In this document: positions 48,467 through 59,088 of the stretch, in pieces
Layout of the letters: the number at the start of each line of letters is the position of its first letter
Numbering within the stretch: the stretch's first letter is position 1
Assembly (NCBI GenBank): GCA_965279375.1
Contig: OZ257156.1
Span: 2,656,001 to 2,720,000 of the forward strand
DNA: 64,000 nucleotides
Direction: 5' to 3'
From: Gemmatimonas sp.
GTDB taxonomy: Bacteria; Gemmatimonadota; Gemmatimonadetes; Gemmatimonadales; Gemmatimonadaceae
Made by a program: the position numbers and the translations under genes
Notes under the pieces: generated by a model
Told to the model about the DNA's origin: nothing
What the model saw: the letters and a program-made list of their open reading frames with translations, nothing else
Database searches by the model: none

Positions 48467-51373
48467 CTACGGCGTCTTCGCCTCCGGCTGCAGTACGAAT
48501 CGCGCCCGATTCGTCTCACTCAAATACACCTTCGCCGCCGCCGCCAACTTCTCCGTCGTCAACCCCGCAATCAGTTCGTCGTTGGCGAACACCGTCGTCG
48601 GGTCGTCGCCGTTCTCGATGCGGTCCCGCAGCACTCCCGCCCACCAGCTGTTCTGTTTGCGCGTGACCTCGAGTCCGCGGCGCTGCTGCTCGCGTACGCG
48701 CTCAACTTCCGCGGCCGTCGGCGGGACGCGACGGAGCGAATCGAGCTCCTGGCGCACGGCGGCGAACAGTGAGTCCGCCTTCTCCGGTGCCGAGCCGTAG
48801 TCGATGACCAACTGCCACTCCTGACGGGGACGGCGCGAGAAGCCCGCGTTGACGCTTACCGAGTAGGTCGCCCCCAACGATTCGCGCAGACGGTCCAGCA
48901 GGCGCATCTGCAGCAGCTCGCCAACGGAACCGATCAGATATGCCTGCTCGCGGCTCCACGCGCCTGTGCCCGCGAGCATCAGCACTGTCTGGCTCTGCGG
49001 AGCGACGCCCTTGCGCACCGTCTTGTCGATCTGTCCGGAGAACAGCTTGGGGCCAACATCGCGGAACGTCTCTTTGCGACCCGTCGTCGGCAACGACGCC
49101 AGCCACTGCTCCACGAGCGGCTTGAGTACCGCCGCGTCGACGTTGCCCACGAACACGAACGAGAAGTCGCCCGCCTCGCCGAAGCGATCCTTGTAGATCG
49201 TCAGCAGCTGACCAAGATCGAGTTCCTTCAGTCGATCCACTGAGATCGGCCGTGCGCGCGGACTGCCGCCGGCGAGTGTGACCGTGATCGTGTCGCCAAA
49301 CACCGCGCTCGGATTCGCGTCCTTGTTGCGCAACTGGTTGTCGAAATTCTGCAGCAGCGCTTGAAAGACCGCGCTGTCGGCACGTGGTGCCGTCATGCGC
49401 AACCACGTGAGCTGCAGCAACGTCTCGAGATCGCGAGGCGAGGCGCGCCCGCTCAGGCCTTCGCTCAGATCACTGATCGACGGCGCAACACTCGCGACCT
49501 TGCCAGTCAACTTCTTGTTGAGATCGACCTGCGAGAAATCACCGACGCCGCCATTCGACAACACCAGCGCAGCGAGCGATGTGCGGAACACCGCGCTGTC
49601 CGGCGCAAGACTGACACCGCCCGGACTCCATGCCGTCATCAGAATCTGATCGGCGTTGTAGTCCGTCGGCTTCACGAAGACGCGAATGCCATTGGACAAC
49701 GTCCACTCGGTCAGTCCGATGCTCTCATACTTCTTCTCGGCCACCACGCGACCGGCCGTGGGGACCGTCTTCACCAACGCGCCGTCGACAACCGTCTCCG
49801 TCCACGCGGCAATCGTTGCAGAAGCAACCGTGCGGAAGACTGCGCGAATCTCCGTCTCGGTCGGCGGCGTGAGGCCAGCCTTCTCGGGCATCGTCACTGT
49901 GACGACGCGGTTCTGCGCGCCGGTGCGCGCATTGCCCAACGCGTTCACTTCCGCCAGCGTGATCGCGGGAAGCAACCGCTTGGCCGCCTCATACTCGAAC
50001 GCGATACCAGGAATCGCATCGCCCGAGAGATAGTTGTCGATGTACTCACTCACAAAGGCGTCCGACGGCGTCTTGTCGCGCTCCGTGTACGCGCGCTCAT
50101 AGGCGCGCAACATGCTCACGCGGGCCCGCTCCAATTCGGCGGGGAGAAAGCCGAAGCGATTGACGCGTTCGGATTCCGTGAGCACCAACTGCAACGCGTC
50201 GAGCAGGCGACCTTCCTTCGCGGCCGCGTCGAGCGAGTAGTAGTCGGCACCACGCACGAGGTTACCGCCGCCGCCACCCGCACCGAGGAACGGAGCATCC
50301 GGCTTGCGAGAGAGCTCGCCGAAGCGCTGGTTGAGCATGCTGTTGTAGAGACTCTGCATCATGTCGCGACGCAGGTCGCTCACGAGCCGTGCGTTCGTCG
50401 GCGGCAGCTTCCACAACACACCGATCGAGGAGGACGTGATCTCCGCATCCGTCGCGATCGTCACGAGCGTCGAGTCGTGCGACGGCACACGAGCCAGCAC
50501 GCGGGGGCGCGAGGCCGCGCGGCGCGGAATCGGTCCGAAGGTCTTCCTAACCAACGAAAGCAGCGAATCCGGATTGGCGTCGCCGACCGCGATCACCGCC
50601 ATCAGCTCCGGCCGATACCAGTCCCGCCAGAAGCGCTTGATCTGCGCCGGGTTTGCCTTCTCGAGAATCTCCGGCTTGCCAATCGGCAGGCGTTCTGCGT
50701 AGCGCGAGCCGCGAAAGATCACCGGGAACTGCTTCGAGCGCACGCGCTCGTCGGCGCCGAGTCCGTTGCGCCACTCGGAGAGCACCACGCCGCGTTCGGC
50801 GACGACCGCGCTGGAATCGAAGAGAATGCCGGTGGCAACATCGCCAAGGAATTCGAAGCTCTTGGCGAGAATGCGCGCGCTGTCCGTGGGAACCGGAAGG
50901 ATGTAGATCGTTTCGTCGAAGCCCGTGGAGGCGTTCAGGTCGGCACCGAAGCGCACACCGATCGACTCGAGGTACTTGACGATTTCGTTCTTCGCGAAGT
51001 GACGTGTGCCGTTGAAGGCCATGTGCTCGAGGAAGTGCGCCAGACCCTGCTGGTCGTTGTCCTCGAGGATGGAGCCGGCGTTGATCACCAGGCGCAGCTC
51101 TGCGCGCTGCTCAGGCTTGGCGTTCCGCCGGATGTAGTAGCGCAGGCCATTGGACAGCGTACCGATGCGCACCGACGGATCGACTGGCAGCGCGGTAGTC
51201 AGCGCGAATGAGTCGACGGCGGGCTTCGATGCGCGTTTGGAGGGGGCCTGCGCACCGACCGAAAGAGCGAGCGGCCCAGCGGCGATGGCGAGTGCGACGA
51301 TGGCGCTGCGGCGCGTAATGCGACGGGGCATCCAATGGGCAATGCGCATGAAATCGATTGGGTGAGTAGTCAT
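48467..51373 (-). CDS. M16-family zinc protease (PqqL-like)
   Basis: LAHFLEHMAFNGT inverted zinc motif; two-half M16 architecture; signal peptide; start uncertain. Confidence 0.92.
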   Translation of the reverse strand: MTTHPIDFMRIAHWMPRRITRRSAIVALAIAAGPLALSVGAQAPSKRASKPAVDSFALTTALPVDPSVRIGTLSNGLRYYIRRNAKPEQRAELRLVINAGSILEDNDQQGLAHFLEHMAFNGTRHFAKNEIVKYLESIGVRFGADLNASTGFDETIYILPVPTDSARILAKSFEFLGDVATGILFDSSAVVAERGVVLSEWRNGLGADERVRSKQFPVIFRGSRYAERLPIGKPEILEKANPAQIKRFWRDWYRPELMAVIAVGDANPDSLLSLVRKTFGPIPRRAASRPRVLARVPSHDSTLVTIATDAEITSSSIGVLWKLPPTNARLVSDLRRDMMQSLYNSMLNQRFGELSRKPDAPFLGAGGGGGNLVRGADYYSLDAAAKEGRLLDALQLVLTESERVNRFGFLPAELERARVSMLRAYERAYTERDKTPSDAFVSEYIDNYLSGDAIPGIAFEYEAAKRLLPAITLAEVNALGNARTGAQNRVVTVTMPEKAGLTPPTETEIRAVFRTVASATIAAWTETVVDGALVKTVPTAGRVVAEKKYESIGLTEWTLSNGIRVFVKPTDYNADQILMTAWSPGGVSLAPDSAVFRTSLAALVLSNGGVGDFSQVDLNKKLTGKVASVAPSISDLSEGLSGRASPRDLETLLQLTWLRMTAPRADSAVFQALLQNFDNQLRNKDANPSAVFGDTITVTLAGGSPRARPISVDRLKELDLGQLLTIYKDRFGEAGDFSFVFVGNVDAAVLKPLVEQWLASLPTTGRKETFRDVGPKLFSGQIDKTVRKGVAPQSQTVLMLAGTGAWSREQAYLIGSVGELLQMRLLDRLRESLGATYSVSVNAGFSRRPRQEWQLVIDYGSAPEKADSLFAAVRQELDSLRRVPPTAAEVERVREQQRRGLEVTRKQNSWWAGVLRDRIENGDDPTTVFANDELIAGLTTEKLAAAAKVYLSETNRARFVLQPEAKTP

Positions 51374-51388
51374 GGGGCCGGCGGTGGG

Positions 51389-53467
51389 CTACGGTTGTCC
51401 GAATCTGCCGCGAAGAAGTGCGCGCAGATCCACCGTCGGATCCGTGCGCAGTGCAGGGAGAGCCTGCAGCGGTTCTGGTGCGAGGGTGACGCGTTGCATC
51501 GTCGCACGTACCCCGTTGTCGAGAAAACGCGACAACTGCCCGTATGCGAAGTCGGCGCCGGTGCGCGTGGGGTAGCTGTGCAGCGGATAGGTCACGTAGA
51601 GCTGGTCGCGGGCGCGCGTCATGGCCACATAGAGGAGTCGACGTTCCTCGTCCACCTGCGCCTCGTCGCCGGCACTCCGCGCCATGGGGAACACCCCGTC
51701 GGCGGCCCAGATGACGAAGACCACGTCGAACTCCTTGCCCTTGGACGAGTGCGCGGTGGAAAGGATCAGCGCGTCGTTGTCGTCCTCGTGGTTGCCCACG
51801 GCCAGGTCCTGCGTGTTGGACGGCGGCTCGAGCGCGAGCGCGGAAAGAAACGCCGAGCGATCCGGGTAGCCGGCAGCGATGATCTCGAGTTGGTCGAGGT
51901 CAGCGAGACGCGGTGGTGCGTCGTCGTATGTGGCCTTGAGGATCGGATCGTAGAGCTGGCGCACCAGTCGAATCGCTTCCGCCGGTGCGTGCGTGTTCAC
52001 CCGTCGCATGCCGTCGAGCAGCGCGGAGAGCGCGTGCAGCCCCGGGCGTGCGCGTGACGGGGCGCGCACGGCGCCAATCGCCATCGGCTCCCAGCCATGC
52101 TGCGCGAGTTGATCGACCGCCGCCTTGGCGGTGGCGTCGCCCACGCCGGGCAGGAGGCGCAGCAGCCGATACCAGCTCACTTCATCGCGCGGATTCTCGA
52201 GCACGCGAAGGAAGGCGAGGATGTCCTTGATGTGCGCGGCTTCGAGGAACTTGAGGCCGCCCCACTTCTCGTACGGAATGCGTCGGTTGGCGAGCTCGAT
52301 CTCGAGATCGGCCGAGAGGTAGCCGGCGCGGAACAGCACGGCGATCTCGCGCAGCGGGATGCCTTCTTCGTGCAACTGCAGGATACGATCGACGACGAAC
52401 TTGGTTTGCTCGTGCTCGTCGCGCAGCGTCACCAGCCAGGGCGGCTCACCGCCGCTGCGATCGGTCCAGAGCTCTTTCGAGTAGCGCTCGAGGCTGCGCG
52501 AGATGAGCGCGTTCGTGGTGTCGAGGATGGGGGCGACAGAGCGATAGTTGCGCTCGAGCGTGATGATGCGCGTGCCGGGAAACTGCGTCGGAAAGTCGAG
52601 GATGTTGCGAATCGTCGCGCCGCGGAACGAGTAGATGCTTTGCGCATCGTCGCCCACGACGGTGATACGACCATTCGTGCACATCGCGCGGAGGATGCGC
52701 GACTGGAGCGGATTCGTATCCTGATATTCGTCCACGAGCACGTGATCGTAGAGCCCGCGGATTTCTGCCGCGATCGTCGGATCGTGTTCGAGGAGCAGCG
52801 CCCACGAGAGGAGCAGGTCGTCGTAGTCGAGCAGATTGCGTTCGCCCTTGCGGCGCACGTAGTCGCCGAAGAGTCGTTCGAGGTCGCCCGCCCACGCGAG
52901 GAAGTGCGGCCATTGGTCGGCCAGAATGTCGGCGACGGGGCGGTCGGTGTTGACGTGCCGCGAATAGACAGCGAGCGCGGTTTCGGCCCGCGGGAAGCGC
53001 GGGGCGCCGCCCTTGGATTCACCGAAGCCCAAGGCGGCGCGGGCGATGCTCATCAGATCGCCGGCGTCACCCTGGTCGAGGATGGTGAAGTCGGCGGGGA
53101 GTCCAGCGGCGGGACCGAACCGGCGGAGCAGGCGATGGGCGACGCCGTGGAAGGTGCCGCCGTGGACCTGTTGGGAGGCGGACCCGACGAGTCGCTGGCA
53201 GCGATCGAGCATCTCCTGCGAGGCTCGGCGGGTGAACGTGAGGAGGAGGATGCGGTGGGCGGGGACCCCGCGTCCTATTAGGTGCGCGACCCGGTGAATG
53301 AGGGTGCGCGTTTTCCCGGAGCCGGCGCCCGCAACTATAAGGAGCGGGGAGTCGCCATGGCTGGCCGCCTCGGCCTGGGCGGCATTGAGAGCCGGGCCGA
53401 GGGGGTCCGCCGGTGACGCGGCGACTTCGAGGTGGGTAGGGATATGGAGTCGGGGGGTGTCTTCCAT
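51389..53467 (-). CDS. UvrD/Rep-family ATP-dependent DNA helicase
   Basis: AGAGSGKT, LVDEYQD, VGDDAQSIYSFRGA, LERNYRS, EERRLLYVAMTRAR. Confidence 0.93.
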   Translation of the reverse strand: MEDTPRLHIPTHLEVAASPADPLGPALNAAQAEAASHGDSPLLIVAGAGSGKTRTLIHRVAHLIGRGVPAHRILLLTFTRRASQEMLDRCQRLVGSASQQVHGGTFHGVAHRLLRRFGPAAGLPADFTILDQGDAGDLMSIARAALGFGESKGGAPRFPRAETALAVYSRHVNTDRPVADILADQWPHFLAWAGDLERLFGDYVRRKGERNLLDYDDLLLSWALLLEHDPTIAAEIRGLYDHVLVDEYQDTNPLQSRILRAMCTNGRITVVGDDAQSIYSFRGATIRNILDFPTQFPGTRIITLERNYRSVAPILDTTNALISRSLERYSKELWTDRSGGEPPWLVTLRDEHEQTKFVVDRILQLHEEGIPLREIAVLFRAGYLSADLEIELANRRIPYEKWGGLKFLEAAHIKDILAFLRVLENPRDEVSWYRLLRLLPGVGDATAKAAVDQLAQHGWEPMAIGAVRAPSRARPGLHALSALLDGMRRVNTHAPAEAIRLVRQLYDPILKATYDDAPPRLADLDQLEIIAAGYPDRSAFLSALALEPPSNTQDLAVGNHEDDNDALILSTAHSSKGKEFDVVFVIWAADGVFPMARSAGDEAQVDEERRLLYVAMTRARDQLYVTYPLHSYPTRTGADFAYGQLSRFLDNGVRATMQRVTLAPEPLQALPALRTDPTVDLRALLRGRFGQP

Positions 53468-53664
53468 CGGTGGGAAGATAGGGGGCCGCCGTCGAACGGG
53501 TGGTGCTGGGTGTGTGACGGGGTGGCTGAGGCGACCGTCCATTAACCGGGCCCAGCCGTATGGCTGCTGGGTTGTGGGAGCCCGTGGGGGTCTGCAGGTT
53601 TGCATTTCCGCGGGTGCGGTACCAGAACGTGATGGTGCAGTTCGGGCGACTTGGGGAAAGCGGC

Positions 53665-53693
53665 TTGACCGCTTGCCAGATCGCCCATAGCTT
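53665..53693 (+). promoter_or_regulatory. Putative sigma-70 promoter for the large lipoprotein gene
   Basis: TTGACC-17 bp-TAGCTT. Confidence 0.5.
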
Positions 53694-53942
53694 TGCGTCT
53701 TGCTATCTGGTCACCGTTCTGTCCACGAGTGTGGGCAGTATTGTGCTGGATGGTTCGGGTATCAGTCTTTTCGTATTGGCGTGGACGCAGCCCGGCCGCT
53801 CCCCGGAACGTGTCCAGCCCGATACGGGCTGACTGATTCAAGGACATGTCATCGCGACGTGTTCTCTTTCATGCGGTTTTTCTGTTGGCAGCGACCCACT
53901 GCACGCAGATGCTCACTCCACGACCTCGTAAGAGGGGGATGA

Positions 53943-56900
53943 ATGCAACTCTTTTCTCGGAAGAAGGCGATTATCGCCGTCAGCCTGAGTGCCTTGACGG
54001 CGCTTGGTGCTTGCGGCGATAACGTCACGGTGCCCGTAGCACCGGCGGCGCCAGTGGTCGTTTCGATCACGCCGCCGAGTGCTAGCATGAACGTTGGCGA
54101 GCGTCTGAACTTCGCGGTTCAGATCAGCGGTGGCAGCACGACGGCCGCCCCGACGCTTGCCAGCTGCACGTCGAGCAATGCTGCGGTGGCCACGGCCGCT
54201 GTTGCGGGCTCTGCTTGCGCCGTCACGGCCGTTGCCCCGGGCAACGCGACGGTGACCGCTGCTGCGTCGACCGGTCAGGTTGCTGCGGCTTCGGTCTCGG
54301 TCTCTGCGCCGACGCCGGCCATCACGTCGCTCGCGGTGTCGCCGTCGGCGGCGCAGCTCGCGATTGGTCAGTCCGTGTCGCTGGTCCCGACGGTGCAGCC
54401 TGCTGGCCGCACGGTCGCGTACACGTACACGTCTAGCTCTGCCGCGATCGCCACGGTTTCGGCGACGGGTGTTGTTTCTGCAGTTGCCCCTGGCGTTGCG
54501 ACCGTGACGGTCACGGCGAACGGTTCGGGCACGGGCTTCGCGAACGCGACGATCAGCCAGGCCGTGACGATCACGGTTTCTGATCGCGTTCCGGGCCTCA
54601 CGACGTTGACGGTTCAGCCGTCGTCGGTCGCGCTTGCCCTTGGTGGCACGCAGGCCCTGACGTCGTCGGTCGCCGGCCCGCGCGCTTCGGCCGCGACGTT
54701 CACGTATGGCACGTCTGCTCCGGCCGTTGCGACGGTCAGCGCGACGGGCACGATCACGGCGGTGTCGGCCGGTACGGCTGTCATCACGGTGACGGCGCAG
54801 AGCGTTGAGTCTGGCGCCTTCGCGGCGTCGTCGGTTACCGCGCTCATCCCGGTGACGGTGTCGCCGAATGCGCAGGTCGCGATCGTCAACCTGACGCGTG
54901 GCGGCTCGGTCATCGACATCTCGAACGTCACGGACCAGATCGAAGTCAACCTCGCGATCCAGCCGAACGGCCAGGTCGTCTCGGAAGCCAACGTTTGGGT
55001 CTGCGACCCGGCGGAGACTGTGCCGGCTTGCGCCGCGCGCACGAACGGTGTGCCGGCTGCTCGTCAGTCGTTCACGGCGTCGGGCACGCAGGCGACGAAC
55101 GTGCAGCTCTACATCAACACGTCTGAGTTCGGCACGCCGGACTTCACGACGGGCGCTGATGCCAACACGCTTTACAAGAACGGCCTCCGCACGATCGTCG
55201 CCACGCTGACGACGACCCCGGCTGCCGCTTCGACGATCGCGTCGAACAGCATCTCGCAGGTGAACTTCAACAACCCGGACGGCTGGACGATCAGCTGGGC
55301 CGCCCCGGCCAACCGCGCCAACGACCCGTCGAACATCACGTGGTACGGTGGTCCGAGCACGCCTGATGCCCTGACGCCGTCGGCGCAGTCTGGCACGGGC
55401 TCGTTCACGGTGGTCCCGGTCATCTACACGCCGAACCGTACGGTTGTGCAGGCTGTCCTCAACCTGTCCAGCAGCTGCGGCAGCAACATCACGGATCGTA
55501 CGCGTCCGTACGCGGGCACGTATGGCACGAACACGCGCGACACGCTCGCCGTGAACTTCAACTGCACGGCGACCGCGACGTCCACGTCGGGTCTCGCCCC
55601 GCAGGTCATCGGTGGTGTTGACAACAACAACAACGGCTACGTCGGCACGAACGCGTCGCCGGCCGTTGCGCGCTCGATCTTCGACGACTTCACGAACATC
55701 GCCAACAGCACGTCGGGCGGTTATCGCCAGTCGCTCGCCTATCGTCGCAACTACCTGTACCTCCCGCATGACTACGCGGCTCCGTCGATCGACGCCTTCG
55801 ACATCAAGGGCGGCTCGAACGGCTTGGTTGCGTTCCAGGACTCTGCGTGGGTGAACGCGGCCGCCTTCGTCGCCGGTACGAACCCGGTTACGGCGACGGG
55901 CACGGGCGCTCTCCGCTACCGCATCTCCGACGGCAACGTCGGCCTGACGTCGGTGAACGGCTCGCAGATCGGTGCTGGTGCGGCTTCGCGTAACACGCTG
56001 TTCAGCGTCTGCGCGCAGGCCAATGTCCCGGCCACGACCCCGACCGCTCCGGTCAACTGCACGTCGCCGGTTGCGACGGGTGGCATCTCCTCCACGTTCG
56101 GCTCCATGAACGTGCCGGAAAGCGCCACGAACTTCACGAACACGGCGTACTTCGCCCAGGTCGCTGAGACGGACCGTCTCGGTAACCGTGCGACGTCGGT
56201 TGTGTACACGTGGGCGAACGCGTCTGCGGGCACGGGTGCCACGCGCACGCCGACCTTCGCGCAGTTCAACGGCAACACGAACAACGTGATCAGCGGTGGC
56301 GTGTTTGGTGTCGACCTCACGGCTCCGGTCGTGGCGGCGCTCCCGAACACTGGTACGGGCTCGATCACGAACGCCGTCCGCACGGACGTCGATTCGATCT
56401 TCACGAACAACGCTGGTATCAACGCCGCTGGTCAGACGTTGGCCAACGCTGCGCTGTTTGCCTTCCGCTTCACGGACGCCCGCTCGGGCTTCCCGCAGTG
56501 CGTGAACGCCACGCTGACGACGGGTAACTGCCCGAGCTTCGCCGCTGGTGGTGATGTCAACGCCGGTACGTTCTCTGTCACCCGCCGCACGGCCCCGACG
56601 CTCGCCGTCGTGTCCAACGCTGCGGTCGTCGAAGGCATTGTCCGCACGGACAACGGCACCTCGGCTCCGACGGTTGCGACGGATCGTCGTCTCACCGTGA
56701 TCAACGCGCCGGTCTCGGGCTTCGACCCGGCCTACCGTGACTTCACGTTCAACATCTTCGGCGCCACGAACCGTATCGCCGCCACGAACCTGATTCCGTC
56801 GGGCATCAACCCGGCCGCGTCGGTCGCTGGCTACTACACGTTCGCTGGTACGCTGACGGACCGCGCTGGCAACAGCACGACGCTCCCGACTCGCTCGGTC

Positions 56901-58181
56901 GCGATCGACAACGCGAACCCGCTCATCACGGGCATCAACATCCCGGCCGTCCTCACGGGTGGCACGACGGTCGCGTTCGGCCCGACTGGTACGGATGACC
57001 TGGAAGCCGTCTCTGGCGACCTGTCGCTCCAGTACCCGCAGCTCGCCTACAACAACGGCCTTGGCGCCGCGGTTGGCGGCCAGCCGAGCACGCTCCGCTT
57101 CCGTCGCGTGACCAGCTTCTCGACGACGGCTGCGCTCGGCCTGTGGCACAACCCGTTCGCGTCGGTCACGGATGACAAGCTCGCCACGCCGATCGGCCCG
57201 GGCACTGCGCTCGGTGCGACTGGCCTGACGGTTCCGATTCCGTTCATCCAGCAGATCGTGACGGTCACGGCCGGCAACGTGCCGCCGACCCGTCAGCAGA
57301 TCTTCGTCAACCTGTTCACGGCCGGCTTCGTCGCTCCTGACGCCCGTCCGAACCAGGTCACGGCGTGGCTGTACGACATCCGCGCGACGTCGCCGCTCGC
57401 CTTCACGGGCAACGGCCGTTCTGCGGCGCTCTCTCAGCCGCTCTTCGGCGGTCAGATTCCGACCCCGTCGGACAGCTTGACCACCAAGATCTGGGGCACG
57501 CCGATCGCTGGCGTTGGCGCTGGTATCACCACGTGGCAGGCTGTGACGATCGGTGGCGTGACCGAGCTTCGTGCGGAAACGCCGACGTCGATCACCAACC
57601 CGCCGTTCACGTCGGTCTACATCGCTCGTCAGGTTGGCGCGACCGAGTGGGAGTACATCGGCACGGCGACCTACGCTGGCCCGCTTGATCAGGGTGGAAC
57701 GCGCTTCTGGCGCTACACGCTCTCCTCGACGGCCATCGATCAGGGCAACGGTGTCACCATGGCCGCTCTGGCTAACGGCGACATCATCAAGGGCATCGGC
57801 GTCGACGCCAGCGGCAACGGTCTCGCGACCGCGGCTGCGACGTTCGGCCTGCCGCCCGCATTCCCGAGCACGGTGACGGTTGCCGCGACGGCCGGTACGG
57901 CTGCCGCGACGATCAATGACAACAACACGGGCGGCGGCACGCGCAACGTGGTTGTCAGCGCCAACCCGAACGGTGCGGCGATCACCTACACCTGCGTCTC
58001 GTCCAACCCGGGCCTGTTGACGGCCACGATGGGCGGCGCCGGCGTCTGCACGCTCGCTGCTGCTGGCTCGGCTGCTCCGGCCGGTAACAACGTCACGGTG
58101 ACGTTCACCGCGACGGGCACGGCGGGTGGTTTCAACACCAACTCCGTCAGCACGACGGTCACCTTCTCGCGCCAGCCGTAA
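53943..58181 (+). CDS. Very large surface lipoprotein (1412 aa) with N-terminal Big_2-type Ig domains
   Basis: AGAGGGGG RBS; lipobox LGAC; three repeats of S-S-x-x-A-V/I-A-T-V-x-x-x-G-x-V-x-A-V-A-x-G-x-A-T-V-T-V; Thr/Ala/Asn-rich. Confidence 0.85.
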   Translation: MQLFSRKKAIIAVSLSALTALGACGDNVTVPVAPAAPVVVSITPPSASMNVGERLNFAVQISGGSTTAAPTLASCTSSNAAVATAAVAGSACAVTAVAPGNATVTAAASTGQVAAASVSVSAPTPAITSLAVSPSAAQLAIGQSVSLVPTVQPAGRTVAYTYTSSSAAIATVSATGVVSAVAPGVATVTVTANGSGTGFANATISQAVTITVSDRVPGLTTLTVQPSSVALALGGTQALTSSVAGPRASAATFTYGTSAPAVATVSATGTITAVSAGTAVITVTAQSVESGAFAASSVTALIPVTVSPNAQVAIVNLTRGGSVIDISNVTDQIEVNLAIQPNGQVVSEANVWVCDPAETVPACAARTNGVPAARQSFTASGTQATNVQLYINTSEFGTPDFTTGADANTLYKNGLRTIVATLTTTPAAASTIASNSISQVNFNNPDGWTISWAAPANRANDPSNITWYGGPSTPDALTPSAQSGTGSFTVVPVIYTPNRTVVQAVLNLSSSCGSNITDRTRPYAGTYGTNTRDTLAVNFNCTATATSTSGLAPQVIGGVDNNNNGYVGTNASPAVARSIFDDFTNIANSTSGGYRQSLAYRRNYLYLPHDYAAPSIDAFDIKGGSNGLVAFQDSAWVNAAAFVAGTNPVTATGTGALRYRISDGNVGLTSVNGSQIGAGAASRNTLFSVCAQANVPATTPTAPVNCTSPVATGGISSTFGSMNVPESATNFTNTAYFAQVAETDRLGNRATSVVYTWANASAGTGATRTPTFAQFNGNTNNVISGGVFGVDLTAPVVAALPNTGTGSITNAVRTDVDSIFTNNAGINAAGQTLANAALFAFRFTDARSGFPQCVNATLTTGNCPSFAAGGDVNAGTFSVTRRTAPTLAVVSNAAVVEGIVRTDNGTSAPTVATDRRLTVINAPVSGFDPAYRDFTFNIFGATNRIAATNLIPSGINPAASVAGYYTFAGTLTDRAGNSTTLPTRSVAIDNANPLITGINIPAVLTGGTTVAFGPTGTDDLEAVSGDLSLQYPQLAYNNGLGAAVGGQPSTLRFRRVTSFSTTAALGLWHNPFASVTDDKLATPIGPGTALGATGLTVPIPFIQQIVTVTAGNVPPTRQQIFVNLFTAGFVAPDARPNQVTAWLYDIRATSPLAFTGNGRSAALSQPLFGGQIPTPSDSLTTKIWGTPIAGVGAGITTWQAVTIGGVTELRAETPTSITNPPFTSVYIARQVGATEWEYIGTATYAGPLDQGGTRFWRYTLSSTAIDQGNGVTMAALANGDIIKGIGVDASGNGLATAAATFGLPPAFPSTVTVAATAGTAAATINDNNTGGGTRNVVVSANPNGAAITYTCVSSNPGLLTATMGGAGVCTLAAAGSAAPAGNNVTVTFTATGTAGGFNTNSVSTTVTFSRQP

Positions 58182-58199
58182 GGCTTAGCGAAAGGCTGG

Positions 58200-58240
58200 A
58201 AAACAAAGGCCCCGCCCGAAAGGGCGGGGCCTTTGTTTTT
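58200..58240 (+). terminator. Strong intrinsic terminator
   Basis: AAAACAAAGGCCCCGCCC-GAAA-GGGCGGGGCCTTTGTTTTT. Confidence 0.9.
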
Positions 58241-58462
58241 CCCCCAGGTTCACGCGCGCAATCAACGGCCGCCTCACCGCGGGTTCAGCAGTCCATCTTG
58301 TCCGCTCAACCGAATGAGAGAGCCCGCGCAGAGCGCACAGAGCCGGCCAATTGAGCCGCCACCTCTTCGGAACACCGGGGTAGTTGTGTAGACTTATCCC
58401 ACCGTTGCACAGCGCTCTTCCAGCGCGTTCGCAACGCATTCCACCCATTACGATCAGAATCC

Positions 58463-58969
58463 ATGAAGACTTCTCTTGTCCGTGCTTCCGCTGTGTTACT
58501 CCTCGTCTCGGCCGCAGCGTGCGGCGGCTCCGACGAAGCTGGTAGCGACCAACTCAAGGGGCTGAAGGAAGGCATGACCACAGCCCAGGCGCTCGAGACG
58601 ATGGGCACAGGCCCCCTCGCCGGCACCTATTCCGACACCATGCGCATCACGCATGGCTTCCGTCGGTCGCGTTACTTCATGAACGGCGTGACCTACGAGG
58701 TCGTGTATGCCCGCGATCTGCCCGGCGATGTGAAGGAGCCGGTGCTGCAGGCCAAGGAGACGCCAGTCGTCTTCCGCAACGACACGCTGCAAGGCTGGGG
58801 CTGGAAGTACTACGCGGAAACGGCCATGCCGAAGTTCGCTCTGCCTACTCCGTTGCGCGCGATCGATACGCTGACGGCGGCGGCGCCCAAAGACACGGGA
58901 GCGATCGGCATCAACGCACAGCCGGCCGACACGACGAAAGCGAAGCCAGATACCACCAAGAAGCCGTAG
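58463..58969 (+). CDS. Hypothetical lipoprotein (SmpA/DUF3192-like)
   Basis: Lipobox AAAC; LKEGMTTAQALETMG; ETPVVFRNDTLQGWG. Confidence 0.7.
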   Translation: MKTSLVRASAVLLLVSAAACGGSDEAGSDQLKGLKEGMTTAQALETMGTGPLAGTYSDTMRITHGFRRSRYFMNGVTYEVVYARDLPGDVKEPVLQAKETPVVFRNDTLQGWGWKYYAETAMPKFALPTPLRAIDTLTAAAPKDTGAIGINAQPADTTKAKPDTTKKP

Positions 58970-59028
58970 TTCGGCTTCGCCGACCAGCGCGCCACGGCTC
59001 ATCGCCGCGTGACGCGGTCGCATGAGCA

Positions 59029-59069
59029 ACGAAAAAGGCCCCGGGAGATTCTCCCGGGGCCCTTTTCGT
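59029..59069. terminator. Bidirectional intrinsic terminator
   Basis: ACGAAAAAGGCCCCGGGAG-ATT-CTCCCGGGGCCCTTTTCGT between convergent genes. Confidence 0.85.
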
Positions 59070-59088
59070 CTATGTCCGCCAGCGCCTG

